Part shown: positions 46,164 through 55,131 of the stretch, in pieces
Numbering within the stretch: the stretch's first letter is position 1
How the letters are laid out: each line of letters begins with the position of its first letter
NCBI GenBank assembly: GCA_041688825.1
Contig: JBDNHM010000027.1
Location: 13,052 to 77,051, forward strand
Direction: 5' to 3'
DNA: 64,000 bases
Origin: Burkholderiaceae bacterium
GTDB taxonomy: Bacteria; Pseudomonadota; Gammaproteobacteria; Burkholderiales; Burkholderiaceae_B
Notes under the pieces: generated by a model
What the model was told of the DNA's origin: nothing
Seen by the model: only the letters and a program-made list of their open reading frames with translations
Databases searched by the model: none
Program-made: the position numbers and the translations under genes

Positions 46164-48569
46164 ATGAATGCACCACTTCAAGACCGTGAAGCCGCTCTAA
46201 TGGGCATGGGCGATTCACGCCTACGCAAAGAAGATGCTCGCTTTATACAAGGCAAGGGTACCTATGTTGACGACATTAAAATGCCCAACATGGTTTATAT
46301 GGACATTGTGCGCTCGCCGCTTGCACATGCCCGTATTAAAGCCATTCACAAAGAAGATGCACTTAAAATACCGGGTGTACTAGCCGTTTTAACAGCAGAA
46401 GACTTGAAGCCACTTAAGCTGCACTGGATGCCCACTTTAGCGGGTGACGTTGCTGCTGTTTTAGCTGATGAAAAAGTGCATTTTCAAATGCAGGAAGTGG
46501 CCGTCGTTATCGCTGAAACACGTTATGCCGCAGCCGATGGCAAAGAAGCAGTCTGGGTTGAATACGAAGAACTTGAGGTGGTTATTGACCCCTTCAGTGC
46601 ACTAAAACCCGACGCCCCCATCTTACGTGAAGACCTAGTTGGCAAAACCGAGGGCGCCCATGGTAAGCGGAATCACCCCAACGAAATTTTCACCTGGACA
46701 GCGGGCGACAAAGAAGCCGCTGATTTAGCGTTTGAAAATGCAGACATTATCGTTTCGCAAGACATGATGTACCCCCGCGTTCACCCCTGTCCCCTCGAAA
46801 CCTGCGGTTGCGTCGCCTCGTTTGACCCCATCAAAGGTGATCTCACAACCTACATAACCAGCCAAGCCCCTCACGTCGTGCGCACGGTTGTATCGATGTT
46901 GTCAGGCATTCCTGAATCAAAAGTACGCATTATTTCGCCTGATATTGGCGGTGGTTTTGGTAATAAAGTGGGTATTTATCCAGGTTATGTCTGTGCAATC
47001 GTAGCGTCTATCGTTTTAGGTCGTCCTGTTAAGTGGGTCGAAGACCGTATCGAAAACCTGTCTTCAACTGCGTTTGCACGCGACTATCACATGAGTGGCG
47101 AATTGGCCGCAACCTCTGATGGCAAAATTCAAGGTTTACGCGTTGATGTGGTGGCTGATCATGGCGCCTTTGATGCCTGTGCAGACCCTAGCAAATTCCC
47201 AGCTGGGTTCTTTCATATTTGTTCAGGTTCTTACGATATACCTGCTGCACACTGCTCTGTAAAAGGCGTTTATACCAACAAAGCCCCTGGTGGCGTAGCG
47301 TATCGATGCTCGTTCAGGGTAACCGAAGCCGTCTATTTAATTGAGCGCATGGTTGACGTCTTAGCCCAAAAGCTCAACATGGACAAAGCTGAAATTCGCG
47401 AAAAGAACTTCATTCAAAAAGAACAGTTCCCCTACACCTCAGCTTTTGGCTTCGAATACGACTCGGGTGACTACCAACGAGCGCTCACACAAGTGCTTGA
47501 TGCAGTTGACTATAAAGGCTTACGTGCTGAACAAGCAGCCAAGCGTGCAGACCCCAACTCACCTACTTTAATGGGTATTGGTTTGGTTACATTTACCGAA
47601 GTGGTGGGTGCAGGCCCAAGCAAAATTTGCGACATTTTAGGTATTGGTATGTTTGACTCATGTGAAATACGAGTTGACCCTACTGGCAGCGCCATCGCTC
47701 GTATGGGTACCATTTCACAAGGTCAAGGCCACCAAACCACCTACGCGCAAATCATCGCAACTGAGCTGGGTATTTCTTCAGAAGTCATTCAAGTTGAAGA
47801 AGGCGACACCAACACGGCACCGTATGGTTTAGGTACTTACGGTTCACGTTCAACCCCTGTTGCTGGTGCAGCCATCGCCATGGCATCAAGAAAAATTCAT
47901 GCCAAAGCTAAAAAAATTGCAGCCTCATTACTTGAAGTCAGCGAAGCTGACCTTGAGTGGGAAGTTGACCGTTTTAAAGTTAGAGGCAATGACGATAAGT
48001 TTAAAACCATGAAAGACATTTCGTGGGCGGCTTACCATCAACCCCCAGAAGGTCTTGAGCCCGGCCTTGAAGCGGTTCATTACTACGACCCACCGAATTT
48101 CACCTTCCCGTTTGGCATTTACTTAGCGGTTGTTGATATTGATCGTTCAACAGGCGAAACCAAAATCAGACGTTTCTATGCTCTAGATGATTGTGGCACC
48201 CGTATCAACCCCATGATCATTGAAGGTCAAATACACGGCGGGTTAACCGAAGGTTTTGCTGTGGCGATGGGTCAGTTACTGTCATTTGATGCTCAAGGCA
48301 ACATTCAGGGCAACTCATTGATGGACTACTTCATACCCACGGCGGTTGAAACCCCGCATTGGGAAACAGATCACACTGTTACGCCTTCACCTCACCACCC
48401 TATCGGTGCTAAGGGCGTGGCTGAATCACCACACGTCGGCAGCATTCCAACCTTCACCTCTGCCATGGTCGATGCGTTTGCACATGTCGGTGTAACCCAT
48501 ATTGATATGCCACACACGGCGTTTCGCACTTGGAAAGAGTTGAAGAAAAACAATCTAAACTTAAACTAA
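46164..48569 (+). CDS. coxL: Aerobic CO dehydrogenase large (Mo-Cu) subunit, form I
   Basis: 801 aa. The active-site loop GGVAYRCSFRVTE contains the form I signature AYxCSFR. Confidence 0.9.
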   Translation: MNAPLQDREAALMGMGDSRLRKEDARFIQGKGTYVDDIKMPNMVYMDIVRSPLAHARIKAIHKEDALKIPGVLAVLTAEDLKPLKLHWMPTLAGDVAAVLADEKVHFQMQEVAVVIAETRYAAADGKEAVWVEYEELEVVIDPFSALKPDAPILREDLVGKTEGAHGKRNHPNEIFTWTAGDKEAADLAFENADIIVSQDMMYPRVHPCPLETCGCVASFDPIKGDLTTYITSQAPHVVRTVVSMLSGIPESKVRIISPDIGGGFGNKVGIYPGYVCAIVASIVLGRPVKWVEDRIENLSSTAFARDYHMSGELAATSDGKIQGLRVDVVADHGAFDACADPSKFPAGFFHICSGSYDIPAAHCSVKGVYTNKAPGGVAYRCSFRVTEAVYLIERMVDVLAQKLNMDKAEIREKNFIQKEQFPYTSAFGFEYDSGDYQRALTQVLDAVDYKGLRAEQAAKRADPNSPTLMGIGLVTFTEVVGAGPSKICDILGIGMFDSCEIRVDPTGSAIARMGTISQGQGHQTTYAQIIATELGISSEVIQVEEGDTNTAPYGLGTYGSRSTPVAGAAIAMASRKIHAKAKKIAASLLEVSEADLEWEVDRFKVRGNDDKFKTMKDISWAAYHQPPEGLEPGLEAVHYYDPPNFTFPFGIYLAVVDIDRSTGETKIRRFYALDDCGTRINPMIIEGQIHGGLTEGFAVAMGQLLSFDAQGNIQGNSLMDYFIPTAVETPHWETDHTVTPSPHHPIGAKGVAESPHVGSIPTFTSAMVDAFAHVGVTHIDMPHTAFRTWKELKKNNLNLN

Positions 48570-48581
48570 CGAGCGATATAA

Positions 48582-48630
48582 ATTCAAACCGAATTGAATC
48601 TAAATTCATTTCGGTTTGAATACTTTTTTT
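48582..48630 (+). terminator. Rho-independent terminator after coxL
   Basis: The 12-bp perfect stem ATTCAAACCGAA/TTCGGTTTGAAT is extended by TGAAT/ATTCA around a CTAA loop. It is followed by AC and a T7 run (48624-48630). Confidence 0.75.
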
Positions 48631-48716
48631 AAGTGTATTGAATGAACACCTCATTGCACTCGATTTGAAGACCACTTTAAATTGAACCCAATCACCTCAC
48701 ATCAGTTAAAGTTTGC

Positions 48717-48746
48717 TGATCAGTTGGTTTAAAAATTAACTGATCA
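48717..48746. promoter_or_regulatory. 9-bp inverted repeat just upstream of coxG
   Basis: TGATCAGTT-N12-AACTGATCA ends 23 nt before the coxG ATG, downstream of the coxL terminator. Confidence 0.35.
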
Positions 48747-48768
48747 TGAGCTCAAAAGGAATTAAGTA

Positions 48769-49401
48769 ATGGAAGTCGTCATTGATAAGTTATACCCCAT
48801 ACCCGCTAGCGAGAAAGCATGTTGGCAAGTACTTTCTAACATCACTGAACTCGCAACCTGTATGCCCGGTGCCACCATCACCGAGCAACTTGACGAAACC
48901 CATTACAAAGGTAGTGTCAAAATCAAAGTCGGGCCTGCAACTGCCGCCTTTGCGGGTGATATTGAAGTGCTGGGGGTTAATGAAGCCATCAAACAAATTC
49001 AAATGTTGGGCAAAGGGGCCGATAAAGGTGGTTCATCAGCGTCAATGAATTTAACTGCAACCATTACCAAAGTTGATGAACATAACGTAACACTAACCGG
49101 CAAAGCATCGGTGATTGTGAACGGTAAGTTTGCACAGTTTGGGGGCCGTATGATGACCTCGGTGTCAGACATGATATTGCAGCAATTTGCCGACAACTTT
49201 GCCATTAAAGCCAAAGCCATGGCGGCAACTTTAGAACCAAGCATTGCCTCATCGGGTGCATCGACAACCGCTCAAGCAGAGCATACTGGCCATGCCTCGT
49301 CAGCTACAACTGAAGCGCCAAAACTTCAAAGCGAATTAAATGGTTTAGCCATTGCCTGGATGCTCATAAAAAGCTTCTTCGCGAGACTTTTTGGTAAATA
49401 A
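48769..49401 (+). CDS. coxG: CoxG-like SRPBCC protein with C-terminal hydrophobic helix
   Basis: SRPBCC/CoxG-type N-domain, an Ala/Ser/Thr-rich linker and the terminal LNGLAIAWMLIKSFFARLF helix. Confidence 0.7.
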   Translation: MEVVIDKLYPIPASEKACWQVLSNITELATCMPGATITEQLDETHYKGSVKIKVGPATAAFAGDIEVLGVNEAIKQIQMLGKGADKGGSSASMNLTATITKVDEHNVTLTGKASVIVNGKFAQFGGRMMTSVSDMILQQFADNFAIKAKAMAATLEPSIASSGASTTAQAEHTGHASSATTEAPKLQSELNGLAIAWMLIKSFFARLFGK

Positions 49402-49455
49402 TTATCAAGGCATAACCGGCAACACCACTCAACACAAGAAGCATAGGTAATTGGC

Positions 49456-50370
49456 ATGGACGTTAAAGAGATTTCAGAGCGCTTAGCCAAGTCTGGCTAC
49501 ATCGCTGACAACAGTTTGGCTGAAATCATCTGGATGGGCCTAACCATTGATAGACCCATTCTTTTGGAAGGTGAAGCCGGGGTTGGTAAAACAGCTATTG
49601 CTCAAGCGTCAGCGTTAGCGCTTAACCGGCCTCTATTCCGACTTCAATGTCATGAAAGCCTAGATTTAAACCAAGCCGTTTACGAGTGGAACTATAGTCG
49701 CCAGTTACTTGAAATTCGATTAAGAGAAGCTGAAGGCGCAGGGCAATCATCGCTGCGCGATGACTTATTTAGTGAAACATTTTTACTGCAAAGACCGCTT
49801 ATGCAGGCCATTACGTCAGAGCAGCCTGCCGTGTTGTTGATTGATGAAATTGATCGGGCTGACGAGTCTTTTGAAGCCTACCTTTTAGAGGTCTTAGGTG
49901 AGTTTCAAATATCAGTTCCTGAGTTGGGCACCATTAAAGCAAAAAGTAAACCTTTAGTGATTTTAACCAGCAACGGTACACGTGATTTGTCAGATGCGTT
50001 GCGTAGGCGTTGCCTGTTTCACTACGTTGATTACCCCAGCGTTGCGCGTGAAATGACTATTGTGCAAACCCTAGTACCGCACGCCAATGCAGATCTTATT
50101 CAACAAGCCGTGCTGTTCATTCATCAACTTCGCAAACAAGATTTAGACAAAATACCGGGCGTTGCTGAAACGCTAGATTGGATACGTATTTTGTGTGCTC
50201 GCGAGTTAAAAGCCTTGCCTCAAGACCCGAATGAATTGGCACAAACCTTAAGTGCTTTACTTAAAACCCGCAGTGATCAATGGCAAATTTCTGAACAAGT
50301 ACTGACTAAATTAATGGGTTCGCAGCAACGCGTGGGTATTGACGCGGGCGTGATGCCTTCGCGTGCTTAA
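49456..50370 (+). CDS. coxD: MoxR-type AAA+ ATPase CoxD
   Basis: Walker A GEAGVGKT and Walker B LLIDEIDRAD. Cox context. Confidence 0.8.
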   Translation: MDVKEISERLAKSGYIADNSLAEIIWMGLTIDRPILLEGEAGVGKTAIAQASALALNRPLFRLQCHESLDLNQAVYEWNYSRQLLEIRLREAEGAGQSSLRDDLFSETFLLQRPLMQAITSEQPAVLLIDEIDRADESFEAYLLEVLGEFQISVPELGTIKAKSKPLVILTSNGTRDLSDALRRRCLFHYVDYPSVAREMTIVQTLVPHANADLIQQAVLFIHQLRKQDLDKIPGVAETLDWIRILCARELKALPQDPNELAQTLSALLKTRSDQWQISEQVLTKLMGSQQRVGIDAGVMPSRA

Positions 50371-50428
50371 AACGTGCAAAAGTTATTTACAAGACGTGTG
50401 CAAGTGAACCTGATTTTTTAACGATGCC

Positions 50429-51670
50429 GTGAACGAAAGCCTTGAACCCACGCTAAACCCCGATCAAAATATACGAAATTTTGTCGCTTACTTACGTGAG
50501 CATGGTTTTGTGTTGGGTTTAGCTGAGTTACAAGCCATGGTGCGTATTACTTCACTCGCGGGTATTCACGATTTCGAAAAAATAGAAAAATATTGGCGCG
50601 GTATTGCAGCCTCATCTCAGAAGCAATGGCAACTTTTTCCAGACCTGTTCAATGCATACTGGTTTCCAGATCGCGTTAAAGGTACGGTCAAATCATCACA
50701 CAAGCAACGTCGTGGCAAATCTTTACCTGAATTAATTTTAGAAATAAAAAATGATGGTCAAAGTGTGCCCACTTCAGGCAACCAAGGCACGGTAGCGCTT
50801 GCTAACGGTCAATCTGGCGAAGAAGAATCAGGGTCAGAACAAGCCCAAGGCGGGGCTAGTCGGGTCGACCCTTTGGCAGAAAAGCCACTAGGCGACTGGT
50901 TGCCTCATGACAGTGAACAACTCGACAAGCTTATTTACCCATTACAGGCTAGGTTACGTAAAAAACTGATTCAAAAATATCGTCATCGTTCAAATGCAAT
51001 AAAGATTGATTTGCGCGAATCCATTCGCCACGCAATGGGTACGGCAGGCGAGTTAATACAATTACAAACCAAAAAAAGAAAAACCGTCATGCCAAAGGTC
51101 TTTATTTTGGTTGATGTGAGCAAATCAATGGAATCTCATGCTCCATTTTTTTTAAGAATGGCTCGCTCTTTTTGTCAAATTATGAATGCCCGAGTATTCG
51201 TGTTTCACACATCGCTTATTGAAGTGACTGCATTACTTAAGAAAAATAGTGGTCGTGTTCAAGAGAAAATTAATACGGTCACTTTTGGCTTTGGCGGTGG
51301 CACACGTATAGCAAGCAATGTGCAAACATTTTTAACCCAATGCCAACACGGGCCAAATGGTCAACGCATTCGCGGTTTAGGCCGCCATGACATCATGTTT
51401 GTGTTGAGTGATGGTTACGATACCGATTCACCTGAAGCACTACCTAAGGTATTACAATCAGTTAAGCAAATGGGGGTTGATGTATTCTGGTTACACCCAA
51501 CAGTTGAGGTACCTCAATCGTTAGCCATACAAGCCAGTCAACCCTATATTGCAGGGTTTATGGCTGTCAGTCATTTAAACAGTTTAGAAGGGTTGGTTGA
51601 CTTGACCTTAAAACGTAAAAATCACGATCATGCATTTAAAATCGAAGCGGTCGAACAAGTGTTAACTTGA
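50429..51670 (+). CDS. coxE: VWA-domain protein CoxE
   Basis: MIDAS-like DVSKSM in the C-terminal VWA domain. Follows coxD. GTG start. Confidence 0.75.
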   Translation: MNESLEPTLNPDQNIRNFVAYLREHGFVLGLAELQAMVRITSLAGIHDFEKIEKYWRGIAASSQKQWQLFPDLFNAYWFPDRVKGTVKSSHKQRRGKSLPELILEIKNDGQSVPTSGNQGTVALANGQSGEEESGSEQAQGGASRVDPLAEKPLGDWLPHDSEQLDKLIYPLQARLRKKLIQKYRHRSNAIKIDLRESIRHAMGTAGELIQLQTKKRKTVMPKVFILVDVSKSMESHAPFFLRMARSFCQIMNARVFVFHTSLIEVTALLKKNSGRVQEKINTVTFGFGGGTRIASNVQTFLTQCQHGPNGQRIRGLGRHDIMFVLSDGYDTDSPEALPKVLQSVKQMGVDVFWLHPTVEVPQSLAIQASQPYIAGFMAVSHLNSLEGLVDLTLKRKNHDHAFKIEAVEQVLT

Positions 51671-51764
51671 TCAAATAAATCTTTGAGCAGTTAAGAAGAA
51701 ATAGAGAAATTGAACAATTAACCAATTGTTCACAAAAGTAAATTAGCGTGAGGCATTATCTATT

Positions 51765-52577
51765 ATGGGCTGTATATTAAAACAAGGCGGTGGGCTCTAT
51801 TCACGCGTAAGTGTCGGTGCCGTTCTGCTTGCTGCAGGGCAAGGCAGCCGTATGGGAAACCAACCTAAAGCATTATTAAATTTGCAAGGCGTGCCGCTCA
51901 TCAACCGACACATGATTGCACTCAGTGGCGCTGGCGTTGACGAAGTGATTGTTGTTAGCGGGTTCTACCACGATCGAGTTGAGCCATCAGTTGAGCAGTT
52001 TCCCGTTCAAATTATTCGTAATTTAACGCCTGAAGATGGGCAACCGAGCTCTGTACGTTTAGGCATGGAAGCGATTGGTACAAAATATGATGCGGTCATT
52101 ATGATGCTGTGCGATCAACCTTTGGTTAATGCCGAAGACATCACGAGCCTTATTTCAGCATTTAAAAAGCGGCTGAAGGGTGAAATATTAATACCCAGAT
52201 TCGAAGGCCAAAGAGGTAACCCTATTATTTTTTCTAGAGTCGCCATTGAACAAATGTTAGCCGACGATAAAAATATGTATTGTCGTAAATTCATTGACCA
52301 AAACCCAAATTTAGTCAGTTACTTTGACGTTCAAAACGATCACTTTACGGTTGATATTGACACCATCAATGACATTGAAAATTTTAATCAAAAAACTGGT
52401 TGGTCTTTAACGCTGCCTGAAGCCCCCTTACCTCAAGCAACTTTACCTGAAATGGTACTAACCACTGCTTCAATGAGTGCACAAAATCAGCATGACGCTC
52501 AAGCAGACGGTTCACGTCATCAAACCATCGCTGAACCAGCCTACCTAGCGCTTCGAAGAAAATTGACGCCCCATTAA
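51765..52577 (+). CDS. MobA/MocA-like nucleotidyltransferase (probable molybdenum cofactor cytidylyltransferase) with ~70-aa C-terminal tail
   Basis: LLAAGQGSRMG...KALL motif and LCDQP block. CODH needs the MCD cofactor. Confidence 0.65.
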   Translation: MGCILKQGGGLYSRVSVGAVLLAAGQGSRMGNQPKALLNLQGVPLINRHMIALSGAGVDEVIVVSGFYHDRVEPSVEQFPVQIIRNLTPEDGQPSSVRLGMEAIGTKYDAVIMMLCDQPLVNAEDITSLISAFKKRLKGEILIPRFEGQRGNPIIFSRVAIEQMLADDKNMYCRKFIDQNPNLVSYFDVQNDHFTVDIDTINDIENFNQKTGWSLTLPEAPLPQATLPEMVLTTASMSAQNQHDAQADGSRHQTIAEPAYLALRRKLTPH

Positions 52578-52638
52578 TCTTCAAGCAGGTGAATAACGAC
52601 TTTTATCTTGTTAACACTTCCACACTGACTGTATAAGA

Positions 52639-53358
52639 ATGAATACAATTAACTGGCCCGTTCCGCTCGAAACGCATCATATTGAAGAGGCTCAAAACAT
52701 CAATGAAACGTTGGCCCGTGCCTTTAACGCGATGCGAGTTACACATTTAGCGCAATCTTTTGTCGAAAACCATGACACACAACTGACTGACGCAGTGACA
52801 TCACAAAAACCTTTTTACGCAAGCGAAGACAATTTACTCGAACGCATACAACTACCTGAGTTTCAATCGCTGACTGCGTTCATTGCCAACGCCTTACAGA
52901 AAACAGTGATGAATGCCAACTCAGGTGTGTGGCCACCTGGCCGAATAAGTCTGCAATTAAAAATCATGGGGTGTTGGTTTCAAATTCAAAATGGCATGGC
53001 ATTTCACGATGTACATACCCATGGCAATTGCTCTTGGTCGGGCGTTTATTATGTGCAGTGCGATGATCATCAACAAAGGGTGAAGCATCCTACTTTGGGC
53101 GATATAAATGGCGTCACGCGCTTCTATGGGCCGTACACACAATGGTTGGGGGGTGCACATGTTGATATGGGCAATGCATACTTACAGAAAAACACTTTAG
53201 ACGTTACACCCGAGCCTGGCAAACTGGTGGTATTCCCCTCATACTTGCCGCATCAAGCCATGCCCTATGAAGGCGAAAAAGACCGCATCATTGTGTCGTT
53301 TAATGCGCAAGTGCATGCTGCAGGGGGTGATCAGTTGTTTAAGTATGACGCGACGTAA
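52639..53358 (+). CDS. Putative 2OG-Fe(II) oxygenase superfamily protein (recalled as TIGR02466/PF13759-like)
   Basis: Blocks FHDVHTHGNCSWSGVYYV, GKLVVFPSYLPHQ and RIIVSFNA fit the family pattern as I recall it. Confidence 0.5.
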   Translation: MNTINWPVPLETHHIEEAQNINETLARAFNAMRVTHLAQSFVENHDTQLTDAVTSQKPFYASEDNLLERIQLPEFQSLTAFIANALQKTVMNANSGVWPPGRISLQLKIMGCWFQIQNGMAFHDVHTHGNCSWSGVYYVQCDDHQQRVKHPTLGDINGVTRFYGPYTQWLGGAHVDMGNAYLQKNTLDVTPEPGKLVVFPSYLPHQAMPYEGEKDRIIVSFNAQVHAAGGDQLFKYDAT

Positions 53359-53420
53359 GCATTCATCTTAATTGTGTGTCAATGCCACGTCATATTGTCT
53401 CAATACATACTACCTAATCT

Positions 53421-53495
53421 CATGTCATATCACGTCGAGCCACTTCACTTCACTTCACTTCACATCACATCACTTCACTTCATTTAACATCACAG
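53421..53495. repeat. Degenerate pentanucleotide array (CAYNT-like), core (CACTT)4(CACAT)2(CACTT)2
   Basis: About 15 phased pentamers, with a perfect core at 53441-53480. It lies between convergent genes and runs into the ABC permease stop codon (53490-53492). Confidence 0.85.
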
Positions 53496-54287
53496 CTTTT
53501 CAGTTTCGCCGTGACTGGGTTGCCATTTCATCAATTTCTTTTCAATAAAACCAACGCAACCATCAAGCGCTAAGGCGCAGATGGTTAACACGACAATACC
53601 AGCCATTACTGTGTTGATATCAAACGTGCCTTCAGCTTGCAATATTAAATAACCCACGCCTGCAGCTGAACCCAAATACTCGCCCACAACCGCGCCCACA
53701 AACGCTAAACCCACTGCAGTGTGTAAGCTAGAAAACACCCAGCTGGTTGCGGAGGGTAAATAAACGTAACGTAATAATTGCTTCTGTTTTGCACCCAACA
53801 TTTTCGCGTTATCGAGCAAGGTGGGACTGACTTCTTTGACACCTTGGTAAACGTTGAAGAAAACAATAAAAAAGACAAGGGTGACCGCTAGCGCTACTTT
53901 AGACCAAATACCTAAGCCAAACCACATGGCAAAAATCGGAGCCAATATGACACGCGGCATAGAGTTAAGCGCTTTGATATAAGGGTCAAGTACCGCACTG
54001 GCCATTGGCGACAAACCCAACCACAAGCCCGCACCCATACCCACTGAGGTACCAATAACAAACGCTAATAACGTTTCAGTGAGTGTGATTTGTAAATGGT
54101 AATAAATATCACCTGTGACAATGAACCAAACCCAAAGTTGCTTCAATACCCCAAATGGGTCACCAAAGAAAAAAGCCATCTTTTTGTCGGTTGACAACAC
54201 ATACCAACCCACCAAAAAAATAGACAATAAACTTAATTGCCAAACACGCAATGACAATTTTGAAGACGGTTTAATCAAATTCCACAT
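53490..54287 (-). CDS. ABC transporter permease (NitT/TauT family)
   Basis: 6-TM BPD permease. The ATG at 54287 (MWNLIK...) lies 2 nt after the ATPase stop. The longer ORF to 54353 would overlap the ATPase gene. Confidence 0.8.
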   Translation of the reverse strand: MWNLIKPSSKLSLRVWQLSLLSIFLVGWYVLSTDKKMAFFFGDPFGVLKQLWVWFIVTGDIYYHLQITLTETLLAFVIGTSVGMGAGLWLGLSPMASAVLDPYIKALNSMPRVILAPIFAMWFGLGIWSKVALAVTLVFFIVFFNVYQGVKEVSPTLLDNAKMLGAKQKQLLRYVYLPSATSWVFSSLHTAVGLAFVGAVVGEYLGSAAGVGYLILQAEGTFDINTVMAGIVVLTICALALDGCVGFIEKKLMKWQPSHGETEKL

Positions 54288-54289
54288 GA

Positions 54290-55126
54290 CTAGGCCGCCT
54301 TTCTTTTTTGTTGCTCGTACCCTTTGAGTACTTCTTCGCGCAACACATGCCAAATTTGAGTATGCAACTCTACGAACCGAGGGTCTGATCGAACCTCAGT
54401 CACGTCACGTGGCCGCGGTAAATCAACCACAAACTCACCGATTGGGTGTGTGCCAGGGCCCGCTGATAAAACGACGACTCGGTCACTCATGGCAATCGCT
54501 TCATCAAGATCATGCGTAATGAATAAGACAGCTTTACGTTTGGCCATCCAAAGCTCAAGCACTTCGTTTTCCATTAACTGACGAGTTTGAATATCAAGTG
54601 CGGAAAAAGGCTCGTCCATCAAAATAATATCGGGGTCACGAATGAGCGTTTGTGCAAGCATGGCACGCTTACGCATACCGCCAGACATTTGGTGCGGGTA
54701 ACGGTCTTCAAACCCACCCAAACCGACACGACGCATCCAGTCACGGCCTTTCTCGGCAGCCTCGTCTTTGGGCACGCCAGCAAACTGCAAGCCTGCTGTG
54801 ACATTGTCTAAAGCATTACGCCAAGGCAATAAAGCTTCACCCTGAAACATGTAACCTGCCCGGGCATTAATACCCGTCAAAGGTTCGCCAAACACTTCAA
54901 TGCTGCCACGTGAAGGCGCAAGTAAACCCGCCCCCACGTTCAGTAATGTTGATTTGCCACAACCCGTCGGCCCCACTACCGACACAAATTCACCGATGCC
55001 CACCTCGAGTGTTGTGTCTTGCACGGCGGTATAACGTTGCCCTGAATCGTCACGAGAAACAAACGTGCACGTTATGTTTTTTAGCGCTAACGCAGGGGTT
55101 TGATCTGCTGAGTGTGGTGAAGACAT
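54290..55126 (-). CDS. ABC transporter ATP-binding protein
   Basis: Walker A GPTGCGKST, signature MSGGMRKRA and Walker B ILMDEPFSALD. Confidence 0.85.
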   Translation of the reverse strand: MSSPHSADQTPALALKNITCTFVSRDDSGQRYTAVQDTTLEVGIGEFVSVVGPTGCGKSTLLNVGAGLLAPSRGSIEVFGEPLTGINARAGYMFQGEALLPWRNALDNVTAGLQFAGVPKDEAAEKGRDWMRRVGLGGFEDRYPHQMSGGMRKRAMLAQTLIRDPDIILMDEPFSALDIQTRQLMENEVLELWMAKRKAVLFITHDLDEAIAMSDRVVVLSAGPGTHPIGEFVVDLPRPRDVTEVRSDPRFVELHTQIWHVLREEVLKGYEQQKRKAA

Positions 55127-55131
55127 TTATC

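Noticed and set aside
44750-48569. The three-subunit molybdo-flavoenzyme could be the xanthine dehydrogenase that feeds the nearby urate pathway.
   Set aside because: The large subunit has the form I CO dehydrogenase active-site loop VAYRCSFR. It is accompanied by coxG, coxD and coxE, and the gene order is M-S-L. All of this points to CODH, not XDH.
49456-51670. The MoxR AAA+ ATPase plus VWA protein pair could be a stand-alone stress or defence-type module.
   Set aside because: The pair lies directly within the cox cluster. The pairing matches CoxD and CoxE, the established CODH maturation factors.
54288-54353. A longer start for the ABC permease (MACVARRSTQRV...) that overlaps the ATPase gene by 64 nt.
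   Set aside because: The extension is translated from the opposite-frame 3' end of the ATPase gene and looks non-native. The ATG at 54287 gives a 2-nt spacing typical of coupled genes.
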